Below are positions 55,419-64,000 of a DNA stretch of 64,000 nucleotides, piece by piece. Each line of letters opens with the position of its first letter. Position 1 is the first letter of the stretch. The DNA is taken from the NCBI GenBank assembly GCA_035526225.1, contig DATLCV010000013.1, positions 48,022-112,021 on the forward strand, given 5' to 3'. The translations under genes and the position numbers were made by a program. The notes beneath the pieces were generated by a model that made no database searches, was not told where the DNA came from, and saw only the letters and a list, made by a program, of their open reading frames with translations. The DNA is from Mycobacteriales bacterium (GTDB taxonomy: Bacteria; Actinomycetota; Actinomycetes; Mycobacteriales; SCTD01).

Positions 55419-56650
55419 GGGAGAACCTGCTCGCCCTTCCCGACGACGGTGACGCCGCCGGGGGTCACGACGAAGCCGCGCGCGCGGTCCACCGCCGGGT
55501 CGACCCCGACGACCGCACCCGGGTGCACCACGACGTTCTTGTCGAGGATCGCGCGGCGCACGACGGCGCCCGCCCCGATGTCCGTGGAGTGCATGACCAC
55601 GGACTCGTCGACCTCGGCCCCCGAGTGCACCCGCACGCCCGGCGACAGCACCGACCGCCGCACCGACCCGCCCGACACGATGACCCCCTGGGAGACCAGC
55701 GAGTCCAGCGCCGCGCCGGTGCGGCCGGGGTCGGCGAGCACGAACTTCGCCGGCGGCAGCGGCGGCGTGGACGTGAGGATCGGCCAGTGCCGGTTGTAGA
55801 GGTTGAAGACAGGGTGCACGGACACCAGGTCCAGGTGGGCGTCGTGGTAGCTGTCGAGGGTCCCGACGTCACGCCAGTAGCCGTGGTCGCGCTCTGTCGA
55901 GCCGGGGACGACGTTCTGGTCGAAGTCGTAGACCTGCGCCTCGCCGCGCCCCACGAGCATCGGGATGATGTTGCCGCCCATGTCGTGCACCGAGCCCTCG
56001 TCGCCGGCGTCGACCTTGACGGCCTCGAGCAGCGCCTCGGTCGTGAAGACGTAGTTGCCCATCGACGCGTAGGTCGAGTCGGGGTCGTCCGGCAGACCCG
56101 GCGGGTCCACGGGCTTCTCCAGGAACCCGTCGATGCGCCGTCCGTCGGCGGTGTCGATGACACCGAAAGCCGACGCCTCCTTGCGGGGCACCCGGATGCC
56201 CGCGACCGTCACGCCGGCCCCGCCCGCGACGTGCTGGTCGACCATCTGCCGCGGGTCCATCCGGTAGACGTGGTCGGCGCCGAAGACGACGACGTGCTCG
56301 GGCTGCTCGTCGTACACGAGGTTGAGGCTCTGGTGGATCGCGTCGGCGGAGCCCTTGAACCACTGCGGGCCGAGCCGCTGCTGCGCGGGCACCGGCGTGA
56401 CGTAGTTGCCCAGGATCGTCGACATCCGCCACGTCGTGGTGATGTGACGGTCGAGGGAGTGCGACTTGTACTGCGTCAGCACGACGATGCGCAGGTAGCC
56501 GGCGTTCACGAGGTTCGACAGCACGAAGTCGACGAGCCGGTACATGCCGCCGAAGGGCACGGCCGGCTTGGCGCGGTCCGCCGTCAGGGGGGCGAGGCGC
56601 TTGCCCTCGCCGCCGGCGAGCACGATGCCGAGGACCCGGGGCTCTGCCAT
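55415..56650 (-). CDS. glgC: glucose-1-phosphate adenylyltransferase
   Basis: [35 protein letters not shown], and a C-terminal left-handed beta-helix region. Confidence 0.95.
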   Translation of the reverse strand: MAEPRVLGIVLAGGEGKRLAPLTADRAKPAVPFGGMYRLVDFVLSNLVNAGYLRIVVLTQYKSHSLDRHITTTWRMSTILGNYVTPVPAQQRLGPQWFKGSADAIHQSLNLVYDEQPEHVVVFGADHVYRMDPRQMVDQHVAGGAGVTVAGIRVPRKEASAFGVIDTADGRRIDGFLEKPVDPPGLPDDPDSTYASMGNYVFTTEALLEAVKVDAGDEGSVHDMGGNIIPMLVGRGEAQVYDFDQNVVPGSTERDHGYWRDVGTLDSYHDAHLDLVSVHPVFNLYNRHWPILTSTPPLPPAKFVLADPGRTGAALDSLVSQGVIVSGGSVRRSVLSPGVRVHSGAEVDESVVMHSTDIGAGAVVRRAILDKNVVVHPGAVVGVDPAVDRARGFVVTPGGVTVVGKGEQVLP

Positions 56651-56681
56651 GCCGTCATCCTTCCCCACTAGTTTCACGAAC

Positions 56682-57815
56682 GTGCGCATCGGCCTGCTGA
56701 CCCGCGAGTGGCCCCCCGAGGTGTACGGCGGAGCAGGGGTGCACGTGGAGTACCTCACGCGCTCGCTGCGACCCCTCGTGGAGGTCGAGGTCCACGCCTT
56801 CGGCGGGCAGGGCGCCGTGGTGCACGCCCCCGACCCCGAGCTGGCGCAGGCGAACGCGGCGCTGCAGACGCTCTCGGTTGACCTGCGGATGGCCGCCGCG
56901 CTCGCGGGCTGCGACGTGCTGCACTCCCACACCTGGTACGCCGACCTGGCGGGCCACCTGGGCTCCTTGCTCTACGACGTGCCCCACGTGGTGACCACCC
57001 ACTCCCTCGAGCCGCACCGGCCGTGGAAGGCCGAGCAGCTCGCCGGCGGCTACCGCGTGTCGAGCTGGGCGGAGAGGGCCGCGCTGCACGACGCGGCCGC
57101 GGTCATCGCGGTCTCGCACGGGATGGCGGCCGACGTCCTCGCGGCCCACCCCGCTCTCGACCCTGATCGGCTGCACGTCGTGCACAACGGCATCGACACC
57201 GACGAGTACCACCCTGTCACGGAGGTGGACGTCCTCGAGCAGCTCGGCATCGACCTCGCGGTGCCCTACGCGCTGTTCGTCGGGCGGATCACGCACCAGA
57301 AGGGCCTGGAGCCCCTGCTGCGCAGCGCGCGCTCCTGGCCGGGGCAGCTCGTGCTGTGCGCCGGCTCCCCCGACACCCCCGAGATCGCCGCCACGGTGGC
57401 GGCGCTCGTCGCGGAGCTGCAGGCCGCGCGCCCAGGGGTCGTGTGGGTCCGCGACATGCTGCCGCGGGCCTCCGTGGTGCAGCTGCTGGCACACGCCACC
57501 GTGTTCGTGTGCCCGTCGGTCTACGAGCCGCTGGGCATCGTCAACCTCGAGGCGATGGCGTGCGGCACCGCGGTGGTCGCCTCACGGGTCGGGGGGATCC
57601 CGGAGGTCGTCGAGGACGGTCGCACGGGCGTGCTCGTCGACCTGGGTCCGGCGTACGAGCAGGAGCTGGCCGCGGCCGTGACCTGGCTGCTGGACGACCC
57701 GGTGCGCGCCGACGCGCTGGGGGCGGCCGGCCGCGAGCGGGCCGTCGCGGAGTTCGGCTGGGACGCCATCGCCCGGCGCACCGTCGAGGTCTACGAGACC
57801 GCCCTCAGGAGGTGA
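56682..57815 (+). CDS. glgA: glycogen synthase-type GT4 glycosyltransferase (GlgA/GlgM-like)
   Basis: [20 protein letters not shown], and C-terminal [18 protein letters not shown]. Divergent from glgC, as for Rv1212c/Rv1213 (from memory). Start set at GTG 56682. Confidence 0.9.
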   Translation: MRIGLLTREWPPEVYGGAGVHVEYLTRSLRPLVEVEVHAFGGQGAVVHAPDPELAQANAALQTLSVDLRMAAALAGCDVLHSHTWYADLAGHLGSLLYDVPHVVTTHSLEPHRPWKAEQLAGGYRVSSWAERAALHDAAAVIAVSHGMAADVLAAHPALDPDRLHVVHNGIDTDEYHPVTEVDVLEQLGIDLAVPYALFVGRITHQKGLEPLLRSARSWPGQLVLCAGSPDTPEIAATVAALVAELQAARPGVVWVRDMLPRASVVQLLAHATVFVCPSVYEPLGIVNLEAMACGTAVVASRVGGIPEVVEDGRTGVLVDLGPAYEQELAAAVTWLLDDPVRADALGAAGRERAVAEFGWDAIARRTVEVYETALRR

Positions 57816-58625
57816 GGGGGTCGGCGTCCGCGTCGTGCTCGACGAGCAGGTCGTGCAGCGCCGCGTGCACTCCGGGGGCGGCGGCCAGCACCAGCGCGTA
57901 CGCCGGGTCCTGGCCACGCAGGCCGGTGACGAGCGCGCCGGCCTCTCGGGCGATGAGGCCTCCCGCGGACAGGTCCCACGGGGAGAGCCCCTGCTCGTAG
58001 TACGCGTCGAGCCGGCCGGCCGCGACCGAGCACAGGTCGAGCGAGCCCGCGCCGAGCCGGCGGATGTCCCTGACCCGCGGCAGCAGGTCGGGCAGCGCGC
58101 GGCTCTGCGCGGCGCGGCGGCGGGAGTCGTACCCGAAGCCGGTGCCGACGAGGGCGTGCGCCAGGTCGGTGACCGCCGAGCAGCGCAGCGCGAGGCCGTT
58201 CAGCGTGGCCCCACCGCCGCGAACCGCCTGCCAGAGCTCGTCCTTGGTGGGGTCGTAGACGACGCCGACGGCAGCACCCGCCTGGTCCTCGACGCCGATC
58301 GACACCGCCCACTGAGGGATGCCGTAGAGGTAGTTCACCGTGCCGTCGATGGGGTCGATGACCCAGCGGGTCCCGGACGTGCCGTCGGACGCCCCACCCT
58401 CCTCGCCGAGCAGCCCGTCCTCGGGACGCGCCTGCGACAGCGCCTTGACGAGCAGCTCCTCGACGGCGCGGTCTGCGGCGGTGACGACGTCGGTCGGCGA
58501 GGACTTGGCGTCGAGGACCTCGACCCCGGGTCCCATCGCCAGGGCGAGCGCGCCGGCCTCCCGGGCCAGCTCGGTCGCGAGGGCGAGCGTCGCGTCGAGG
58601 TCGAGCCGCGCCACCATGGGCACCA
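57805..58625 (-). CDS. suhB: inositol monophosphatase family protein
   Basis: GEEGG, WVIDPIDGTVNY, and WDLSAG motifs. Confidence 0.9.
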
Positions 58626-58726
58626 TCCCATCACGCACCCCACCCGGTGGTGGCCCCCCTGCCGTCGATGGAGTAGAACGTGATTCGGTTTCTCCCCCGC
58701 ACCGACCCGGCTTCGAGAGGCACGTG

Positions 58727-59917
58727 ATGGACCTGCGCTTCAGCAAGGAGGACGAGGACTTCCGCGCGGAGCTCCGCTCCTGGCTCGGCACCAACCTGCC
58801 CGCCGAGATGCGTGACCCCGCGTGGTGGCGCGACAAGAGCGACGACGAGTCCTTCCAGATCCGGCGCGAGTGGGAGGCGGGGAAGGCGGCAGCCGGCTTC
58901 GCCGGCATCGCCTGGCCGACGGAGTACGGCGGACGCGGGGGCACGTCGACCATGAAGGCCGTCTACGACGAGGAGATGGCGAAGGCGAACTCCCCGTCGA
59001 CCGTCAACCCGCTCGGCCTCGCGTTCCTCGCCCCGACCGTCATGGCGATCGGCACCGAGGAGCAGAAGAAGACGATCATCAAGCCGCTGCTGCACACCGA
59101 GGTCATCTGGTGCCAGGGGTTCTCCGAGCCCGGCGCCGGCTCCGACCTCGCGGCGCTGCAGATGAAGGCCGAGCTGCAGGGCGAGCACTACGTCCTGAAC
59201 GGCCAGAAGATCTGGACCACCAACGCCATGCACGGCGACAAGATCTTCACCCTCGCGCGCACCGGGGCCGGTGAGGGCAAGCGCCACCAGGGCATCTCGA
59301 TGCTGCTCGTCGACATGCACCAGGACGGCGTCGAGGCCCGCCCCCTCAAGCAGATGACCGGCAGCAGCGAGTTCGGCGAGGTGTTCTTCACCGACGCGCT
59401 GTGCCCCGTCACCGAGGTGCTCGGCGGCGAGGGCAACGGCTGGCAGACCGCCATGCTGCTGCTGTCGTTCGAGCGCGGCTCCTCCGCCATCGGCCAGTAC
59501 ACCGACTTCCGCCGGATGTGGGAGGAGGTCGCCGGCCTGGCAAAGGGCCTCGACCGCGGCGGCCGTCCCGCGGCCGCCGACCCCGCCCTGCGGCAGAAGC
59601 TCGCCGACGCGCTCGTCGACCTCGAGTGCCTGAAGCTGCACTCCTGGCACGTGCTCACCCAGACCAGTCAGGGCAAGGACCTCGGCTTCGAGGCCTCGAT
59701 GACCAAGATCATGTGGTCCGAGGCCTTCCGCAAGGTCAGCGACGCCTACGAGGCGGTCGTCGGCCCGGCGTACCAGGTGCCGGACCCGCGGCCCGACGTC
59801 CGGCTCGACGAGCTCACCGCCATGTCGCTGTGGGCGCGCAGCTGCACCATCTGGGGCGGCTCGCAGCAGGTCCAGCGCACCATCGTCGCCGAGCGCGTGC
59901 TCGGCCTGCCCCGATAG
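58727..59917 (+). CDS. acyl-CoA dehydrogenase family protein (IVD/LCAD-type base position)
   Basis: GFSEPGAGSD, KIWTTNA, and LLLSFERGS (Glu at the IVD-type position). The C-terminus is IWGGSQQVQR instead of YEGTxEIQR. Confidence 0.9.
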   Translation: MDLRFSKEDEDFRAELRSWLGTNLPAEMRDPAWWRDKSDDESFQIRREWEAGKAAAGFAGIAWPTEYGGRGGTSTMKAVYDEEMAKANSPSTVNPLGLAFLAPTVMAIGTEEQKKTIIKPLLHTEVIWCQGFSEPGAGSDLAALQMKAELQGEHYVLNGQKIWTTNAMHGDKIFTLARTGAGEGKRHQGISMLLVDMHQDGVEARPLKQMTGSSEFGEVFFTDALCPVTEVLGGEGNGWQTAMLLLSFERGSSAIGQYTDFRRMWEEVAGLAKGLDRGGRPAAADPALRQKLADALVDLECLKLHSWHVLTQTSQGKDLGFEASMTKIMWSEAFRKVSDAYEAVVGPAYQVPDPRPDVRLDELTAMSLWARSCTIWGGSQQVQRTIVAERVLGLPR

Positions 59918-59924
59918 GACTCCC

Positions 59925-61004
59925 ATGCGCTTCCAGCTGAACGACGAGCAGCGCGCGCTGCAGGACGCGGTGCGCTCGTGGCTGCGCGACAAGCTCGGCC
60001 CGGCCCAGGTCCGCGAGGTCTACGAGAACCCCGACAGCGACGGCGTCCCGCCGTACGTGTGGCAGGCGTACGGCGAGCAGGGCTGGCTCGCGGTGACGGT
60101 CCCCGAGAAGTACGACGGCATCGGCCTCGGGCTGCTCGACGCGGCGGTCATCGCCCGCAACCTCGGTGCCGGCACGGCCCCGGGACCCTGGCTCGGCACC
60201 GTCCTGGTGGGTGAGGCCGTGCGGCTCTACGGCAGCGAGGCCCAGCAGCAGGCCCTGCTCCCCCGCCTCGCCGCGGGCGAGGTCAAGGGGGCCGTCGCGC
60301 TGCTCAAGCCGGGCGCTCCGCCCACCACCGCCGGTGCCCCCGCGCTCGCCAAGGACGGCGCGCTGACCGGCACGCTCGAGCTCGTGGAGTACGGCGCGGT
60401 GGCCGACGTGCTCGTGGTCGCCGCGCAGGACGGGCTCTACCTCGTCGAGCCCGCTGCGGCGACCGTTCAGCAGCACGAGGCGATGGACCGCACCACGCGC
60501 CTCGCGACCCTCACGCTCGACGCGGTGCCGGGCGAGCGCCTCGGCGGCTCCGACGACTGGCAGGAGCTGCTCGACCGGGCGGCCGTGCTGGCCGCGTCCG
60601 ACCTCGCCGGCATCGCCCGCAAGGCGCTGTCCGACACCGTGGAGTACGACAAGACGCGCGTGCAGTTCGGCAAGCCGGTCGGCTCCTTCCAGGCGCTGCA
60701 GCACGCGCTCGCCGACGTGCACCTGACCGTCACGATGGCGGAGTACGCCGCGACCTACGCCGCCCACGCCCTCGACATCGACGCCCCCGACAAGGCCCTC
60801 GCGGTCTCCGTCGCCAAGGCGAAGACGGGTGACGCGGCGAACGCGGCGACCAGCGCGATGATCCAGTTCCACGGCGGCATCGGCTTCACCTGGGAGCACG
60901 ACGCGCACTTCTACCTCAAGCGGGCCAAGCGCCTGGAGTACGCGTACGGCGACGCCGCCCAGCACCGCGAGCGCATCGCCGCGCTCACCCTGGGACCGGC
61001 GTGA
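59925..61004 (+). CDS. acyl-CoA dehydrogenase family protein (possible non-catalytic partner subunit)
   Basis: ACAD C-terminal domain (FQALQHALADV, QFHGGIGFTWEHD). The N-terminal and middle domains are shortened. No Glu at either usual base position, by eye. Confidence 0.85.
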   Translation: MRFQLNDEQRALQDAVRSWLRDKLGPAQVREVYENPDSDGVPPYVWQAYGEQGWLAVTVPEKYDGIGLGLLDAAVIARNLGAGTAPGPWLGTVLVGEAVRLYGSEAQQQALLPRLAAGEVKGAVALLKPGAPPTTAGAPALAKDGALTGTLELVEYGAVADVLVVAAQDGLYLVEPAAATVQQHEAMDRTTRLATLTLDAVPGERLGGSDDWQELLDRAAVLAASDLAGIARKALSDTVEYDKTRVQFGKPVGSFQALQHALADVHLTVTMAEYAATYAAHALDIDAPDKALAVSVAKAKTGDAANAATSAMIQFHGGIGFTWEHDAHFYLKRAKRLEYAYGDAAQHRERIAALTLGPA

Positions 61005-61762
61005 AGAACGCGCTGATCACGGGCGGCGCCTCCGGCTTCGGGGCCGAGGTCGCCCGTCAGCTCACCCGACGCGGCGACCAGGTCGTCCTGCTCGACGTCA
61101 ACGACACCGACGGCGCCGCCCTGGCCGCCGAGCTCGGTGGGCACTACCTGCACTGCGACGTCAGCGACCCGGAGCAGGTCGCCGCGACGACGGCCGAGGG
61201 CGAGCGGCTCCTTGGCGGTCTCGACCTGTTCTTCCTCAACGCCGGCATCGCCACCGGCTGCGGGGTCGGCGAGGACTTCGACCTCACCCGCTACCGGCGC
61301 GCCATGGCCATCAACACCGACGGCGTCGTCTTCGGCGTGCATTCGGCGATGCCCGCGCTGCAGCGCCGCGGCGGCGGCGCCATCGTGTGCACCGCGTCGA
61401 TGGCGGCCCTCACCGCCACCGCCTTCGACCCCGTGTACGGCGCGAACAAGTCGGCGGTGGTCGGGCTCGTCCGGGCCATGGGACCGGTGCTCGCGCCGAT
61501 GGGCGTCACGATCAACGCGTTCTGCCCCGGCTTCGCCGAGACGAAGATCATCAACGAGATGCGCGAGGCGCTCGACTCGTTCGGGACACCGATCATCCCC
61601 GTGGAGAAGGCCGGGGCTGCGGTGCTCGAGATCTTCGACTCCGGGCTCACCGGCAAGGCCTGGCTGCTGCAGGCCGGGCGCGACCTCATCGACTACCAGT
61701 TCAAGGGCATCCCCGGGCCGCTGACCGAGACCGGCGAGCGCGCCGGGGTCCTGCCTGCCTGA
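61001..61762 (+). CDS. short-chain dehydrogenase/reductase (SDR)
   Basis: ITGGASGFG cofactor motif and YGANKSAV catalytic Y-x3-K. GTGA overlap with the upstream ACAD gene. Confidence 0.9.
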   Translation: MKNALITGGASGFGAEVARQLTRRGDQVVLLDVNDTDGAALAAELGGHYLHCDVSDPEQVAATTAEGERLLGGLDLFFLNAGIATGCGVGEDFDLTRYRRAMAINTDGVVFGVHSAMPALQRRGGGAIVCTASMAALTATAFDPVYGANKSAVVGLVRAMGPVLAPMGVTINAFCPGFAETKIINEMREALDSFGTPIIPVEKAGAAVLEIFDSGLTGKAWLLQAGRDLIDYQFKGIPGPLTETGERAGVLPA

Positions 61763-61827
61763 CCAAAGCAGGGATGGCGGCGCCGGCGCCGAACACCTCC
61801 GCAAGCCCAGCAACTCGGAGGAGAACC

Positions 61828-62487
61828 GTGAAGCGCACCCCAGTCCTGCTCGCCGCCGTCGCGTTGGTCGCCAGCGGCCTCGGCCACGACGCGATCGCCG
61901 CCACGAAGAAGAAGCCCGCACCGCCGAAGCCGGTGACCATGAACTGGTTCCTGCACGGTGCGACGGCCAACGGCAACTCCGACATGCTGCAGGGAGACAC
62001 CGCCTACCTGCCGATGGACGCCACCGCCCCCAGTGGTGCGTCCGTCAAGGAGGTGCTGCTGTTCGGCGCGATCGCCTCCCCGAACTCCGAGTGCACCGCC
62101 GGGCCCCTGCTGCCCAGCTGGACGGGCACTGCTTCGGGCACCCTGCAGGGCAAGGTGACCGTGTCCTTCTACGCGCGGTCCACCCCCGGCAACGCCATCG
62201 TGCGGGTCTTCAACGTCAACGACGGCGGGTGCAACGACGCGTACACCCCGCCGGTTGCCGAGGCCACCGTCGCGCTCCCCACGTCCCCCACCGCATCTCT
62301 CGTCACGGTGACCCTGCCGGTCTCCAGGGCGGCGAAGCTCGCCGGCGCGCTGACGCTGCAGATCATCGAGGGCCAGACCTCCGGCTTCGAGGGCCCGCAG
62401 GTCAGCGGCGTCTCGTACGACAGCACCACGACCCCTTCGAAGATCACCTTCACCTGCCTGCCGAAGATCGGCAAGAAGACCTGCTGA
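61828..62487 (+). CDS. secreted hypothetical protein
   Basis: GTG 61828 after GGAGGAG. Signal peptide VLLAAVALVASGLG, four Cys, no recognised domain. A strong hairpin lies downstream. Confidence 0.6.
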   Translation: MKRTPVLLAAVALVASGLGHDAIAATKKKPAPPKPVTMNWFLHGATANGNSDMLQGDTAYLPMDATAPSGASVKEVLLFGAIASPNSECTAGPLLPSWTGTASGTLQGKVTVSFYARSTPGNAIVRVFNVNDGGCNDAYTPPVAEATVALPTSPTASLVTVTLPVSRAAKLAGALTLQIIEGQTSGFEGPQVSGVSYDSTTTPSKITFTCLPKIGKKTC

Positions 62488-62503
62488 TCCTGCCCACCTG
62501 AAC

Positions 62504-62540
62504 GACAGCGGCCCCGGAGCAGTGCTCCGGGGCCGCTGTC
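62504..62540 (+). terminator. stem-loop terminator after the 61828-62487 gene
   Basis: Perfect 16-bp stem GACAGCGGCCCCGGAG / CTCCGGGGCCGCTGTC with a 5-nt loop, 17 nt after the stop. Confidence 0.7.
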
Positions 62541-62619
62541 GCGTGCGCGCCCAGGTGGCGGTCGCCCTGACGACCAAGGCTCCCCCTGCAGGCAAATGTT
62601 TGGTATGACTACTTTTGTC

Positions 62620-62925
62620 ATGCCCGGACCCATTGAGGAGCTCAGATTGCGCAAGGCGATCCGCACCCTTGTCCTCGTCTCGACCATCGGCGCTGCTGTC
62701 GGCGTCACCACCAGCACGCCTGCCGAGGCGTCGTGCGCACCGGGAACCGGCGCGCGCGCGTACATCGGGGTCACCCCGGGCTACCCGAGCTGTGGAGGCG
62801 GGGCGAGCCTCAACGACGTCGGCCTGCAGCCCTACCGCAACCTCCTCGGCCCGCCGCTGACGTACCAGTGCACGGCTCCGGTGTACGCCGGACCGTTCTA
62901 CACCTACGCCTGCGCGCAGGTCTGA
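62620..62925 (+). CDS. small secreted 4-Cys protein, hypothetical
   Basis: Signal-like LVLVSTIGAAVGVTTSTPAEA, then a ~64 aa mature part with Cys at 2, 21, 47 and 61. Alternative ATGs at 62596 and 62605. Flanked by two perfect 16-bp hairpins. Confidence 0.5.
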   Translation: MPGPIEELRLRKAIRTLVLVSTIGAAVGVTTSTPAEASCAPGTGARAYIGVTPGYPSCGGGASLNDVGLQPYRNLLGPPLTYQCTAPVYAGPFYTYACAQV

Positions 62926-62940
62926 CACCCGTCGCACACG

Positions 62941-62980
62941 CAGAAGAGGCCCGGGACTCCCCCATCCCGGGCCTCTTCTG
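62941..62980. terminator. bidirectional stem-loop terminator between convergent genes
   Basis: Perfect 16-bp stem CAGAAGAGGCCCGGGA / TCCCGGGCCTCTTCTG with an 8-nt loop, lying between stops at 62925 (+) and 62991 (-). Confidence 0.7.
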
Positions 62981-62990
62981 CGTGGTCTGA

Positions 62991-64000
62991 CTAGGTGACG
63001 GTCGCCTTGACGGTGTAAGCCTTGCCGGCGGTGCCGGAGTAGACGTAGACCCCGACGTACGTGTAGCCGGCGGGTGCGTTCGTGATGGTGCACGACTCGC
63101 TGCTCGAGCCGGTGGCCGACGAGCAGGTGAACGCGGCGGTCGTGGGCTTCGCGCCGTTGCGGCCGTACAGGTCCAGGTCGGCCGGGCAGGACAGCAGGCC
63201 GCACGACGGGCCGGTGAGGGTGAGTGCCACGGTCCGGCCCGCTGTGGGCACCGCCACCTTGTAGTACTTCCAGGTGCCCGTGGCGCCGTTGGTGTCGCTC
63301 TTCGCCACACCACTGGTCAGGGTCGGCGTTGCCGGGTCCGGGTCGCCGGTGGTCGAGACCGTCACCGAACGGGTGGTGGTCGCGGTCGCGCCGGCGTTGT
63401 CGGTCACGGTCAGCGTGACCGTGTAGGTGCCTGCCGCGGCGTAGGCGTGCGAGACGGGCGTGCCCGAAGCGGTCGCACCGTCACCGAAGTTCCACGCGCG
63501 CGAAGCGATGGTCCCGTCGCTGTCGGTGGAGGTGTCCGTCGCCGTGACCGTGAGCCCCGAGGTGGTGGTGGTGAAGGACGCGGACGGCGCGACGTTGCCG
63601 CCCCCGCCACCGCCGCCACCGGTGATGCCGCCGACGTAGAGCAGCTTGTTCGGCGAGCCGGAGCCCGCGCTCTTCACCGCGCCGGTGGTGGCCTGCGAGG
63701 TCAGGAACGTCGCCACCTGCGCGGGCGTCGCGGAGGGGTTCGCGGACAGGTACATCGCTGCAGCACCTGCCACGTGAGGAGAGGACATCGAGGTGCCGCT
63801 CGACAGGCTGGTAGCGGTGTCGGAGGTGTACCAGCTGCTGTTCACGTCGACGCCACCGGCGAACAGGTCGACGCAGGTGCCGTAGTTGGCCCAGATCGGC
63901 TTCGTGTCGGTGTTGTTCACCGCGCTCACGGTCAGCGCCAGCGGCTCGTCGGACGGCGAGTGCGTGCACGCGTCCTCCGCGTACAGCCCGTTGCCGTAGC
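62991..64000 (-). CDS. S8 (subtilisin-like) serine peptidase with PKD and pre-peptidase C-terminal (PPC) domains; N-terminal part outside window
   Basis: SGTSMSSPHVAGAAA catalytic Ser motif, a Gly8 linker, a PKD-like repeat (WNFGDG...YTVTLTVTD), and a C-terminal PPC-like domain. The frame stays open to the window end. Confidence 0.9.
   Translation of the reverse strand, partial: YGNGLYAEDACTHSPSDEPLALTVSAVNNTDTKPIWANYGTCVDLFAGGVDVNSSWYTSDTATSLSSGTSMSSPHVAGAAAMYLSANPSATPAQVATFLTSQATTGAVKSAGSGSPNKLLYVGGITGGGGGGGGNVAPSASFTTTTSGLTVTATDTSTDSDGTIASRAWNFGDGATASGTPVSHAYAAAGTYTVTLTVTDNAGATATTTRSVTVSTTGDPDPATPTLTSGVAKSDTNGATGTWKYYKVAVPTAGRTVALTLTGPSCGLLSCPADLDLYGRNGAKPTTAAFTCSSATGSSSESCTITNAPAGYTYVGVYVYSGTAGKAYTVKATVT

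Overview
This is a very GC-rich actinobacterial chromosomal segment. Codon third positions are almost always G/C, which produces many long spurious antisense ORFs. I can support about 74 protein-coding genes. They are tightly packed, with frequent 1-8 nt stop/start overlaps. I saw no rRNA, tRNA, CRISPR array, IS/transposase, prophage or recognisable defence island. Content in order: (1) a TldD/PmbA pair; (2) a sulfur-assimilation block (CbiX plus a short SirC-like siroheme gene, an SsuABC-like transporter, sirA, a small Zn-ribbon ORF, an inverted APS-reductase-type cysH and two GNATs); (3) a dispersed carotenoid pathway (CrtI-family oxidoreductase, CruF-like/GT2 pair, GGPP synthase, crtI, crtB, split lycopene cyclase, with dxs nearby) interleaved with metF, map, a GT-C mannosyltransferase-like gene, thiS-thiE and an Rv2175c-like DNA-binding protein; (4) maf, dus, dxs; (5) a glpD/TetR/FAD-oxidase/DAG-kinase block; (6) a visibly more A/T-rich DUF4383 gene plus a DUF222-HNH endonuclease; (7) an RNA methyltransferase, APC permease, trkA x2, and a dut-centred cluster of DUF genes; (8) an amidase, an SCP2-hydrolase, and a large PAS-GGDEF-EAL-GAF protein; (9) acyl-CoA dehydrogenases, an M23 peptidase, TM2/DUF2752, ohr, glgC/glgA, suhB; (10) secreted proteins and a partial S8 protease. 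From memory, the gene order resembles several M. tuberculosis neighbourhoods joined together (Rv2391-92, Rv2172c-75c, Rv2249c-52, Rv2689c-2701c, Rv1212c-13). I did not find a compelling, clearly novel multi-gene system. The best leads are: the translationally coupled string Rv2175c-like/thiS/thiE/crtYc/crtYd; a GT-C gene wedged by overlapping codons between crtI and crtB; an S51-hydrolase-like protein with a CysRS-C-terminal-like tail; a small secreted 4-Cys protein convergent with the S8 protease; and an ACAD pair in which one member seems to lack any catalytic base. All family assignments come from motif recognition and memory. No database search, HMM or folding computation was run. The ORF track appears to treat ATG, GTG and TTG as starts, so several starts were re-chosen using overlaps, RBS-like purine runs and expected N-termini.
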